Shown here: one piece after another, positions 1 to 8,716 of the stretch
How the letters are laid out: each line of letters opens with the position of its first letter
Numbering within the stretch: position 1 is the first letter of the stretch
Assembly (NCBI GenBank): GCA_035251445.1
Contig: DATFEG010000070.1
Span: 3,563 to 67,562, forward strand
DNA length: 64,000 nt
From: Gemmatimonadales bacterium
Lineage (GTDB): Bacteria > Gemmatimonadota > Gemmatimonadetes > Gemmatimonadales > GWC2-71-9
Direction of reading: 5' to 3'
Made by a program: the position numbers and the translations under genes
Notes under the pieces: generated by a model
What the model saw: only the letters and a program-made list of their open reading frames with translations
The model's database searches: none
What the model was told of the DNA's origin: nothing

Positions 1-305
1 ACATTGGTCTGCTCGAAATCGGGGTGGTCGGCGTAGAGAATCAACGGCTGGCGGCCGGTGAGTTGATGGCGCAGCACGTTCGAGATACGTGTGTACCACC
101 GCTCGGCCATGCGCGCCGCCTGCGCCGCGGCCTCGGCTTCTTTCTCGTAGAAATAGACGTCGAAATGCTGTGTTTTGAGGACCTTGAAGTGGAAGGTCTC
201 GTACTGGACCGAATTGCGTCCGAAATACTGGGCCACCGCGCTGGAGGGTGCTGCAGCAAGGAGTGCCGCACCCAGCAGCAAGTTGACCCGGATGATGGTG
301 TTCAT
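1..305 (-). CDS. Secreted protein, N-terminal part only (the gene runs off the left edge of the window)
   Basis: My own reverse-strand translation from the ATG at 305..303 gives MNTIIRVNLLLGAALLAAAPSSAVAQYFGRNSVQYETFHFKVLKTQHFDVYFYEKE.... This has a clear signal peptide and a conserved-looking FGRN-VQY / HFDVYFY N-terminal motif. It is not in the supplied ORF track because no stop lies inside the window. Confidence 0.6.
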   Translation of the reverse strand, partial: MNTIIRVNLLLGAALLAAAPSSAVAQYFGRNSVQYETFHFKVLKTQHFDVYFYEKEAEAAAQAARMAERWYTRISNVLRHQLTGRQPLILYADHPDFEQTN

Positions 306-677
306 TTCTAGGAATACCCCCCTACCCACTGGCAGAGCCTATCCAATCAAAAAGACAGAACCATCGTCCTTAAGGATAGCCTGCTACAGTCTACCACAAG
401 GTTATGAGCCGATCCATCGAACTGACGTATCTACAAAGCGCCGGCGACTGCGCAGGGTTTCCGGCCGCAGTCAGGAGACGCATGTGACCACGGTCACGTT
501 AACGGGGTCCCACTCGGCTCCTCGGCGCGACAGGCGAACAGGTGTCGTGACTGGGTGTCGGGGCTCGCATCTCGGCAACGAGGATGTTGACGAGAAGCTT
601 GCAATCCGGATCGTCTTCGACTCGACCGCCGAGCACCCGGACTTGCTGTCCACAATCTCGCGCCTCAAGTTGGCAAC

Positions 678-1856
678 ATGAGCGCGCCGATTGCCGCGAC
701 CGCCGCAGCTCCCGCAGTTCAGTCCCGCGTCGCTTCGATTGATCTGATTCGGGGCGCCGTAATGGTGCTTATGGCGATCGATCACGTACGCGTGTATTCC
801 GGACTCCCCGCCGGTGGTCCCACGGCAGGGATTTTCTTTACCCGCTGGATCACGCACTTCGTGGCGCCGGCCTTCATCTTCCTCGCGGGGACGAGCGCAT
901 TCTTCTACGGACGCAAGCGCGCCGGTCTGTCGCGGTTTCTGCTCGTACGCGGTATCTGGCTTATTCTGCTCGAGCTCACCGTCATTCGCGTCGCGTGGAC
1001 CTTCAACGTCGACTTCGCCAACTATCTCCTCGCGGGCGTCATCTGGGTGATCGGCTGGTGCATGATCATCATGGCGCCCATGGTGAGAATGCGTCCCCGC
1101 GCGTTGGGGATTGTCGGTGTCGCGATCATCGCACTCCATAATTTGGTCATGGGCCCGCTGATCAACGCAATTCCTCTCGGAGAATCGTGGAAGGTGCTGT
1201 ACATCGGCTTCTTCGAGGGCCCGCTGAAGGGAACCCCGCTGATCGTGCTGTACTCGATCATCCCGTGGATCGGCGTTATGGCTGCCGGCTATGGATTCGG
1301 GACGGTCCTGACGCTGGAGCCGGCTCGGCGCGACCGGCTTTGCCTGCAGATTGGACTCGGCGCGATCGCGCTCTTTCTCGTCCTGCGCGGGTTCAACCTC
1401 TATGGGGATCCATGGCCCTGGCGCGGTGGAAGTGAGATGCCGGCGCTGCTGTCATTCCTCAACACCGCGAAGTATCCGGCATCATTGAACTTCTTACTGA
1501 TGACACTCGGTCCGACAATCGCTCTCATCCCCATACTCGAGCGCGCGGGGGGGCGGGGGCGGATGGAGCGGTGGCTGACGGTGTTCGGCCGCGTCCCCTT
1601 CTTCTACTATGTGCTGCACATCCCGCTCATCCACGCCCTGGCGCTCGTCGTATCCACGATTCGCTTGGGTGAGGTGAGTCCGTGGCTCTTCGCCAACCAT
1701 CCGATGAGCACGCCACCGCCGCCCGACGGCTACACCTGGAGCCTGGGCTTGCTCTATCTGATTTGGGCGATTGCCGTCGTGTTGCTCTATTTCCCCTGCC
1801 GCTGGTACGCCGAGCTGAAGGCCCGACGACAGGATTGGTGGCTCAAGTATCTCTAG
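678..1856 (+). CDS. DUF1624 / heparan-alpha-glucosaminide N-acetyltransferase-like polytopic membrane protein
   Basis: 392-aa ORF. The N-terminal motif RVASIDLIRGAVMVLMAIDHVRVY is typical of DUF1624, and there are many hydrophobic segments. Confidence 0.85.
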   Translation: MSAPIAATAAAPAVQSRVASIDLIRGAVMVLMAIDHVRVYSGLPAGGPTAGIFFTRWITHFVAPAFIFLAGTSAFFYGRKRAGLSRFLLVRGIWLILLELTVIRVAWTFNVDFANYLLAGVIWVIGWCMIIMAPMVRMRPRALGIVGVAIIALHNLVMGPLINAIPLGESWKVLYIGFFEGPLKGTPLIVLYSIIPWIGVMAAGYGFGTVLTLEPARRDRLCLQIGLGAIALFLVLRGFNLYGDPWPWRGGSEMPALLSFLNTAKYPASLNFLLMTLGPTIALIPILERAGGRGRMERWLTVFGRVPFFYYVLHIPLIHALALVVSTIRLGEVSPWLFANHPMSTPPPPDGYTWSLGLLYLIWAIAVVLLYFPCRWYAELKARRQDWWLKYL

Positions 1857-4096
1857 AAGGCTCCGCCGCCGCCGCCACCGCCGCCCCCTCCAGAACTACC
1901 GCCGCCTCCAAACCCGGATCCCCCTGAGCCGCGCGGTGAGGACGAGAGCGTCGTTCCTGCCACGCTCGTCAGATGCGACATGCTGCTCGAGAAGCTGCCC
2001 ACGTTGAAGTGCGTGACGCTGGGCCCCACATACCATCGCGGCGGTTCGGTGTAAATCCCCTCGAACGCGCGCGCGAACTGTTTCTCCACGCCGAAGGCCA
2101 TCGCGTACGGCAGGAACTTATCGAACAGCTCCGGATGCCCGAGGATGACGCGTTTGAAATGCTCGGCCTCGACGCGACGGAGAAACTCTTCGAAGCCGAG
2201 CACGTGTTCGAGGGCACGCGCCCCCGGTTCGGTGCGCGCCGGCATGATTTGCGCGAAGACGACGATTATGACGGCACTGAGGACGCCGGCCGCAACGAAG
2301 GGTAGCGGCGTGAAGAGCAGCGCCTTGGAGACAACAACCCCGCCGATCCCCACGAGCAGCCCGAGGCCGATCCCCAACGCCATCCACTTCTGCTTTACCT
2401 TGTCCGGCCGGTTCTTGTAGTAGCCGCTCAGCGTCAACTGATCGAACACGGCGTCGCGAATGGGAGAAAGTTTCGTATAGAACTCGTCTTTTAGCTCATC
2501 GAGGGGGACACGGTCGCCGCGGCCCGTGAAGATGCCGTCGAATACAGTCCGCTCGTGTGGCGCCAGCCCGTCGCTGGTCTTGAGCCGATGGAACGTGTAC
2601 GAAGTGCCGCCGCCGAACAGACCGAGCAGCTTCGGGCTTTGTTGCTCTTCGATGCGGAGATAGCCTTTGACCGCAAGATCCACGAGTGTCGCCGTGATGT
2701 CCCGCATGTCCGCGTTGTTGTCGAGCAAGGTGCCGGCCTCGGCTGCGGTCATGCCGCGCGGCGGCTCGTATTGCACGGCGATGGGGCGACGTCGCGGATC
2801 TGCGCCGGAGCGTCGCCATCTCCAAAACGCGAAGAAAAACACCGGAATCGGGATGAGCAGGGGCCAGTTGCTGCGCGCGGTTTCCAGCGTGCGCGCGGTG
2901 GCGCTTGGCGCCGTCACGACGCCCTTGTTCCATCCGACGACAGCCGTTAGACCTTCGCGGTAGCCGAGCGAGTGCGGCATGACGATGCGGACCGTGTCGC
3001 CGCCCGTTGTCACCCTCGCATCCTGCGCTCGCGACCCGTAAACGCCATTGAACGCAATCGCGCGAAGGCCGGGCGTGTTCGGTGGCAGCAGGATGGTCGC
3101 CGCAGCCGCCTGGATTGGAACGTCCCACTCGTCGCCCGTGACGTTCCAGTACAACTCATCATGCTCGTCGAAGAAGCGCAGCCCGTTGGTGGCCTGATAG
3201 CGCAAGACGATCGTGCGGACCGCGTTCTGGGCGCCCGGAACCCAGATCTTGTACTTGATGTAGTGCCGGACCCGGCTGGCCTCCGTGCGCAGCTCGCGCC
3301 CGGCGTCGTCCGTCGCGCTCTGCAGTGAAAGACCGAGTCGCCAGTTCAGGCCCTGCAGCGTGTGGTAGTCGACCGGAATCGTCCGGTATAGGCCGTTCCA
3401 CGATCCGACGAAGCGTGCCGTGACGGTTTCCGTGACATCGATGCTCGCATCGCGATTGATGCGAATCCGCGCATCGAAACGCTCGATGGAGTACGAGCGT
3501 TGTTGCGCCGCCAGCACCCCCCCCGTAAGCAGGAGCGTCAGCACGGCCAGCGGCACGCGCGGCACGGCGCGCTCCGCCGGATCGTCGAGGCCGAAGAACT
3601 CGCGCGGTCGTAGCCGCATGAAGCCGGCGACGATACGCGAAGGGAATTGCGCGATCGCGGTGTTGAAGTCGCGCACGACCGCGTTGTAGTAGCGCCGAGC
3701 GTTTTGCAGGTGGTTCTCGACATCGGTCAGCGTCTGCTGCAGGCCGGCAAAGCTCGCTGCGGCGCGCAGCTCCGGGTAGGATTCGGCGACCACCAAGACG
3801 CGGTGCAGGGCGCCCCCGAGGGGTTCCTCCTCGCGCGCGCGCGTGGCGGGACCGCGATCGCTCGCTTGCAGCGCTCGACCGCGCGCCGCAACCAGCGCCT
3901 CGAGTGTGCTGCGCTCGTAGCCGGCGTGACCCTGAACTACAGCGACGACGTTGGGGATGAGATCGTGCCGGCGCTTGAGCTGCACGTCGATGTCGGACCA
4001 CGCGTTGTCGCCCAGCTGCCGCAAGCGGATCAGCCGGTTGAACGTGAATACCGCCCACGCGAGCCCGGCGATGGCGCCGATCAGCGCAATCGTCAT
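1853..4096 (-). CDS. LemA-family domain fused to a DUF2207 membrane protein with a C-terminal poly-Gly tail
   Basis: 747-aa ORF. The N-terminus (FNRLIRLRQLGDNAWSDIDVQLKRRHDLIPNVV ... ESYPELRAAASF ... ARRYYNAVVRDFN) is LemA. After an internal hydrophobic segment, YSIERFDARIRINRDASIDVTETV ... YEPPRGMTAAEAGTLLD is DUF2207. It ends in GGGGSSGGGGGGGGGGAF. Confidence 0.85.
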   Translation of the reverse strand: MTIALIGAIAGLAWAVFTFNRLIRLRQLGDNAWSDIDVQLKRRHDLIPNVVAVVQGHAGYERSTLEALVAARGRALQASDRGPATRAREEEPLGGALHRVLVVAESYPELRAAASFAGLQQTLTDVENHLQNARRYYNAVVRDFNTAIAQFPSRIVAGFMRLRPREFFGLDDPAERAVPRVPLAVLTLLLTGGVLAAQQRSYSIERFDARIRINRDASIDVTETVTARFVGSWNGLYRTIPVDYHTLQGLNWRLGLSLQSATDDAGRELRTEASRVRHYIKYKIWVPGAQNAVRTIVLRYQATNGLRFFDEHDELYWNVTGDEWDVPIQAAAATILLPPNTPGLRAIAFNGVYGSRAQDARVTTGGDTVRIVMPHSLGYREGLTAVVGWNKGVVTAPSATARTLETARSNWPLLIPIPVFFFAFWRWRRSGADPRRRPIAVQYEPPRGMTAAEAGTLLDNNADMRDITATLVDLAVKGYLRIEEQQSPKLLGLFGGGTSYTFHRLKTSDGLAPHERTVFDGIFTGRGDRVPLDELKDEFYTKLSPIRDAVFDQLTLSGYYKNRPDKVKQKWMALGIGLGLLVGIGGVVVSKALLFTPLPFVAAGVLSAVIIVVFAQIMPARTEPGARALEHVLGFEEFLRRVEAEHFKRVILGHPELFDKFLPYAMAFGVEKQFARAFEGIYTEPPRWYVGPSVTHFNVGSFSSSMSHLTSVAGTTLSSSPRGSGGSGFGGGGSSGGGGGGGGGGAF

Positions 4097-4100
4097 GCGG

Positions 4101-4856
4101 CTACGCTAGCTCTTCAAAAGAACGGATGCGAGGATGCCCCCCCCCGCCCCCCGCGGCCTCGACGCGCGTCTCGGACTCGCGCACGCACAGGACCGTGCGC
4201 AGCCCCGCTTCCCGCGCCGCATCGAGCTCGGCCGGGACGTCCGAGACGAACAAGACGTCGCGCGGATCCTGATGTAACTCGCTCGCGATGAGCCGATAGC
4301 TCTGCGATTCCCGCTTCGGGCCTGTCTTGGTATCGAAATAGTCGTAAAGAAACGGGGTGAGGTCGCCGGCCGTGCTATTGGCGAACAGGTTACGCTGCGC
4401 TGGCACGCTTCCGGAAGAAAAGATCGCGATGATGATACCGTTGCGGCGCCACCGCACAAACGCGGGCCGGACGTCGTCGTAGACTTCGGCCTTGCCTTTC
4501 AGCTCACCGCCATGATAACCCTCATCCCAGATCTTCCCCTGCAGCGACTTCAATGCGGTCGACTTGCGATCGTGGTCCATCAACCAGTACACGTACGCTT
4601 CGACGGAGCCCAGCTCGTTGGCGTGGTCCCACGCCGGCAGTCCCGCCTGGCGGGGCGGTTCGGCGAGGTGCTCGGCGCGCAGCGCCGCAATGTCCGACAC
4701 GACGCCCGGATCGGTGGCGTGTTGCTCGAGATACTCACGAACACGCGCGCGCGCGTAGGGAAACAACACCTGATGGACGAACGCGACGGGCGTAGTTGTC
4801 CCCTCGATGTCCAGGAGAATTGCGCGGGGAGTGGGAGGGGTGCTCAGCGTCGGCAA
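4101..4856 (-). CDS. mtnC: Enolase-phosphatase E1 (acireductone synthase), methionine salvage
   Basis: The ILLDIEGTTTPVAFVHQVLFPYAR motif and HAD fold identify it. I place the start at the TTG at 4856, directly after the mtnD stop (TGAATTG). The longer 371-aa track ORF upstream is R/S-rich junk that overlaps mtnD. Confidence 0.8.
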   Translation of the reverse strand: MPTLSTPPTPRAILLDIEGTTTPVAFVHQVLFPYARARVREYLEQHATDPGVVSDIAALRAEHLAEPPRQAGLPAWDHANELGSVEAYVYWLMDHDRKSTALKSLQGKIWDEGYHGGELKGKAEVYDDVRPAFVRWRRNGIIIAIFSSGSVPAQRNLFANSTAGDLTPFLYDYFDTKTGPKRESQSYRLIASELHQDPRDVLFVSDVPAELDAAREAGLRTVLCVRESETRVEAAGGGGGHPRIRSFEELA

Positions 4857-4857
4857 T

Positions 4858-5421
4858 TCACGCCTTGGTGACCAAGGGGATGTACGTCGGCCCCATGCAC
4901 ACCGGCTGATAGCCCTTGTCGGTGCCGCTGTTCGTGTAATGCGGCGTCCAGCCGGTCTTGTCCTGGAACAGGCGAATCGCGCGGATATTGCGGTCGGCGC
5001 AGAGATCGAACCAGTGGTGCGTGCCGCGGGGAACGCGCAGCAAATCACCGGCTTCGACCTCGATCGCGATGACGGGCCCTTGACGCGGGTGTATATGAAA
5101 CAAGCCGCGGCCGCGAACGATGAAACGTACCTCGTCTTCGTCGTGCCAGTGCTCGATGTTGAACTTGGCGAGCATCGCATCGAGGCCCGGTGTCGCCGGC
5201 GTGACGTCGATGACATCCGCAGTCACGTAGCCACCACGCGCCTTGAGTTGCTCGATTTCCGGGGCGTAGGCTGCGAGGACCTCCTGCGGCGGCGCATCGA
5301 CGGCGACGCGCTGTTCTCCCGGCCAGTGCTCGTAATCGATTCCCAAAGTCCGGAGGTAGGCCGTCACCTCGTGCTGTTCGGTGATAGTCCTCCGCTCCGC
5401 GGGGATCCTCACTGTTGCCAT
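4858..5421 (-). CDS. mtnD: Acireductone dioxygenase (ARD, cupin)
   Basis: 187 aa, with the [22 protein letters not shown] cupin metal motif typical of ARD. It lies between mtnB and mtnC. Confidence 0.9.
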   Translation of the reverse strand: MATVRIPAERRTITEQHEVTAYLRTLGIDYEHWPGEQRVAVDAPPQEVLAAYAPEIEQLKARGGYVTADVIDVTPATPGLDAMLAKFNIEHWHDEDEVRFIVRGRGLFHIHPRQGPVIAIEVEAGDLLRVPRGTHHWFDLCADRNIRAIRLFQDKTGWTPHYTNSGTDKGYQPVCMGPTYIPLVTKA

Positions 5422-6047
5422 GTCATGCCTCGCTTTCGACCCATCGCTTCAAACAAGAACTCCAGGACCTCCATCTGCCGTTTTGCTTCGGCCAGGTCCC
5501 GGCCCCAGGTATACAGGCCGTGCCGGCGGATCAGAAGTCCGTGCGCTTTTGGATTGGCTCGCAGCAACTGCTCAACCTCCGGCGCCGCGCTCACCCAATC
5601 CTGCGTATTCTCGATGATCGGGATCCACTCGCGGTGCAGGTGCGTGCCGATCCCCGTGAGCCCCTTCAACATTTCGTAGCCTTCGATCACCAAGCCGCCG
5701 TCCTGCGCGGCGTCCGATAGAATCGTGCTCCAGATTGAGTGCGTATGCAACACCGCACCCGCTCCGACACCACGGGCCCGAACCACCGCGAGATGCAGGG
5801 TCGCCTCGGCGGATGGCTTCCCTCTGCCGCCGAGGGGGCGACTCGCGTCGTCAATCTGTAGGATCTGGCCCGGGCCGAGCAGACCCTTGTCCACCCCGCT
5901 GCACGTAATGGCGAGCCGCAAGGGCTCGCGACTCACCACAGCGCTGAAATTACCGCTGGTCCCGAGTGCCCAGCCGCGCGCATAGCATTGCCGCCCGATC
6001 TCGGCGAGCTGCTCGGCGAGGGCTTCGAACGATTCTCCGGCGAGCAT
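5409..6047 (-). CDS. mtnB: Methylthioribulose-1-phosphate dehydratase (class II aldolase/adducin family)
   Basis: 212 aa. Motifs present: [39 protein letters not shown]. Confidence 0.9.
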   Translation of the reverse strand: MLAGESFEALAEQLAEIGRQCYARGWALGTSGNFSAVVSREPLRLAITCSGVDKGLLGPGQILQIDDASRPLGGRGKPSAEATLHLAVVRARGVGAGAVLHTHSIWSTILSDAAQDGGLVIEGYEMLKGLTGIGTHLHREWIPIIENTQDWVSAAPEVEQLLRANPKAHGLLIRRHGLYTWGRDLAEAKRQMEVLEFLFEAMGRKRGMTWQQ

Positions 6048-6084
6048 TTCCTAACATATCATCGAAGCCGGTCGAAGGCTCCGC

Positions 6085-6249
6085 CTAGTCTTTCACGAGC
6101 AACGCAACCGGGAACTGCGCAAGGAGACTGGCGATGCGCTCGCGGCCTCTATGCGTCTCCTGGGTGAAGACGTTGCGCCACCCAGCGCCGCCCGCCGGCA
6201 GCGTCAGGGTCGTCTCACCCCAGCCGCCCGGCAACGATTGCATCAAGCC
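6085..6249 (-). other. treY: Displaced C-terminal segment of TreY, encoded in a different frame
   Basis: The alternate-frame ORF 6085..6306 reads ...LPGGWGETTLTLPAGGAGWRNVFTQETHRGRERIASLLAQFPVALLVKD*. This is the usual TreY C-terminal signature (GWGDT..LP.G.W ... FPVALL). The frame switch must lie at about 6232..6250. Confidence 0.7.
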
Positions 6250-8716
6250 GGGGAACGACTGTGACGAGTCTTTCGCCGCGCGCAAATGCAACGACGTGAT
6301 CGGCATTAGCCCCCTCGGCGGAGAGCGGCTGGTAACAGTCCTCTGGTTGCGGACCGACCGCGAGCGCCCGGTGGATCAGCCAAAGCTTTGGCAATCCTTC
6401 GTCCGCGCGTGCCAGCACCTGTTCCGGCGTTGCGTTGCGGATCTCGTCGAGCAGCCGGCGTCGCGCCGCGAAGTCGACGGTGCGGCGATTGTCCGGATCC
6501 ACGAGGCTGAACGACCAGAGCTCGGTGCCTTGATAGATGTCGGGGACGCCCGGGGCCGTCAGCTTGAGCAGCGTCTGGGCGAGCGACACCACGCGGCCCG
6601 GCGCGACGATGTCATCGACGAATTGCTTGACCGAGCTGGTGAATTCGGGATCGTGGAGCGTGCGCTCGACGAACTGCTTGAGGGCGGTTTCGAACCCTTC
6701 GTGGGGCGAGGTCCATGACGTATGCGTCTTCGCCTCGCGGGTCGCCTTCTGCATGTAGGCGAGCGCGCGCTCTGCGCCGAGTGGCCAGGCCCCCACGAGC
6801 GTCTGATAGTACAAATACTCTGTGTTGCGATCCGGCAGATCACCGGTGCGATGTCGCTCGTTGTGCTCCGCCCACCGGCGCACCGCGGCAACCCAGTTGG
6901 CGGGACACTCTGTGATGACCGCCAGACGCGCGCGCACATCCTCCCCGCGCTTCGTGTCGTGTGTCGCGGTGGCGAGCATCGTCTGGGGAGAGCCGGCCTG
7001 CACGTCGGCCATGCGGGCGTGGAATTCTTCCGGACTGGTGCCAAACCGGGACGGATCGCCGCCAACCTCATTCAGCGCGACGAAGCGGTTGTAACAGTAG
7101 AACGCGGTGTCTTCGACGCCCTTGGCCATTGCGGCGGTACTGAGTTGCTGGAAACGGCGGACGAGGGTGCTCTCGAGCTCCCCACGCACCCGGAGTATCA
7201 GGATCGCGCGCAGAAAATCGAACAGCTCAGGGTCGATATCGGGTCGTCTGCGCTTCGCGCCCGCCGCGGCGGTGTCGATCGTCCGCCGATCGGCCTCACG
7301 CACCCCGTCATGGCCTGGACGAACGTACGTCCGGTATACGGGAAACGAAGCGATCAGCTCGCGTAATCCTTCTGTGAGGAGATGGCGCGTGTAATCGCGG
7401 TGGCGGCGATGCCGCTCGCAGATGCGCAGCAGCAGCTCGGCAAGCCGGTTTACGTCGCTGCCGAGACCTTCACGCAAGACGAGCAGCCGCTTGTCGTGCG
7501 CGATGTCCGCATACGCGTCCGTGATTCCGGTAAACGTCGCGTAGAACTGCGTCAGCGGTGCTTCCGCGGCTGGATCGATGAATAATCCGCCCGCCAGATT
7601 GATGAAGTCGTATCCCGTTGTGCCCTCGACGGGCCAGGTTTCGGGCAGACATTCTTGCGGCGCCAGGATTTTCTCGACGACGACATGACAGCGGCAGGTC
7701 TCGTGCAGGCGTTCCAGGTACGAGTCGGGGTCCTGCATACCGTCTACGTGATCGACGCGCAGCTGGTCCACGGCGCCCGAGCGCAACAACTCGACGACCA
7801 GACGATGTGTTTCCTCGAAGACCTCCGGCACCTCCACGCGCAATCCCACGAGTGTGTTGACGTCGAAGAAGCGGCGGTACGCCAGGTCACGTTCGGCAGC
7901 CTGCCACCAGGCGAGCCGATAGTTCTGCTGATCGAGCAATCGATCCAGCGCGTCCGGATCGTGATTGAACCGATCTACCGCGCGATCGAGCGCCGCGGCG
8001 GCCTCGGGCTCGGCGGAGATGAGCTGATCCAGCAGGTCGGTCGCCACGCGATGGTCGCGCCGCCGCCGCTCCACACTCTGCGGGTCGGCTTCCGTCGCGG
8101 CAGGGAGCAGCTCGAAGGTATCGGCGATGAACGTCAGGCGATCGGACTTGTAGAACGTCGCGGCGGTCTGCAGCAGTCCAGCGAGCGAGCGCGGATCGAC
8201 GGGAAACTGGTGATCCTGGTAATGCACCGTGAACGTCGAGCGCTCGCGGCGCAGGCTGATCTCGCCGCGCTCGAGCGCGCGGCCGTACTGGTCGGCGAGC
8301 ACGGGGAGGAGCAGGGTATTGCGGAGCCGCGCCTCTGGTGGCTCCCAGTCAATGTCGAAAAACCGGGCGTAGCGGCTCGCCAACCCGTTCTGCAGGACGT
8401 CCCACCACCAGCGGTTGTCCCTCGTGGCGATGGACATGTGGTTGGGAACGATATCGAGGAGCTGGCCCAGACCGGCTGCTTTGAGTGCCGCGATCATGCG
8501 CGCGTGCGCCTCGGAACCACCCAGCTCGTCGCTCAGCCGCGAATGATCGACGACGTCGTATCCATGCGTGCTGCCCGGCACGGCCTGGAGGTACGGCGAG
8601 GCGTACAGATGACTGACGCCGAGTGCGGCGAGATAATCCGCAACCTCGGCGACGCGATCGAATCCGAAATCCGCAGTGAGCTGAATGCGGTAGGTCGCGC
8701 GGCGCCGCACACTCAA
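6215..8716 (-). CDS. treY: Malto-oligosyltrehalose synthase, reading frame interrupted about 50 codons before the expected C-terminus
   Basis: 833 aa. The N-terminus YRIQLTADFGFDRVAEVADYLAALGVSHLYASPYLQAVPGSTHGYDVVDH is classic TreY. The ORF ends prematurely at ...VVAFARGERLVTVVPRLDAIVAGRLG*. Confidence 0.9.
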   Translation of the reverse strand: MSVRRRATYRIQLTADFGFDRVAEVADYLAALGVSHLYASPYLQAVPGSTHGYDVVDHSRLSDELGGSEAHARMIAALKAAGLGQLLDIVPNHMSIATRDNRWWWDVLQNGLASRYARFFDIDWEPPEARLRNTLLLPVLADQYGRALERGEISLRRERSTFTVHYQDHQFPVDPRSLAGLLQTAATFYKSDRLTFIADTFELLPAATEADPQSVERRRRDHRVATDLLDQLISAEPEAAAALDRAVDRFNHDPDALDRLLDQQNYRLAWWQAAERDLAYRRFFDVNTLVGLRVEVPEVFEETHRLVVELLRSGAVDQLRVDHVDGMQDPDSYLERLHETCRCHVVVEKILAPQECLPETWPVEGTTGYDFINLAGGLFIDPAAEAPLTQFYATFTGITDAYADIAHDKRLLVLREGLGSDVNRLAELLLRICERHRRHRDYTRHLLTEGLRELIASFPVYRTYVRPGHDGVREADRRTIDTAAAGAKRRRPDIDPELFDFLRAILILRVRGELESTLVRRFQQLSTAAMAKGVEDTAFYCYNRFVALNEVGGDPSRFGTSPEEFHARMADVQAGSPQTMLATATHDTKRGEDVRARLAVITECPANWVAAVRRWAEHNERHRTGDLPDRNTEYLYYQTLVGAWPLGAERALAYMQKATREAKTHTSWTSPHEGFETALKQFVERTLHDPEFTSSVKQFVDDIVAPGRVVSLAQTLLKLTAPGVPDIYQGTELWSFSLVDPDNRRTVDFAARRRLLDEIRNATPEQVLARADEGLPKLWLIHRALAVGPQPEDCYQPLSAEGANADHVVAFARGERLVTVVPRLDAIVAGRLG

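Noticed and set aside
1861-1925. GCC/GCCGCC-rich simple repeats (also at 30770-30870)
   Set aside because: They encode the poly-Gly / Gly-Trp C-terminal tails characteristic of DUF2207 and TPM (YgcG-like) proteins. They are a coding feature.
4857-5216. A 120-codon N-terminal extension of the mtnC ORF
   Set aside because: It is an R/S/T-rich nonsense sequence that completely overlaps the well-supported mtnD gene in another frame. A TTG start directly after the mtnD stop gives a normal-length MtnC.
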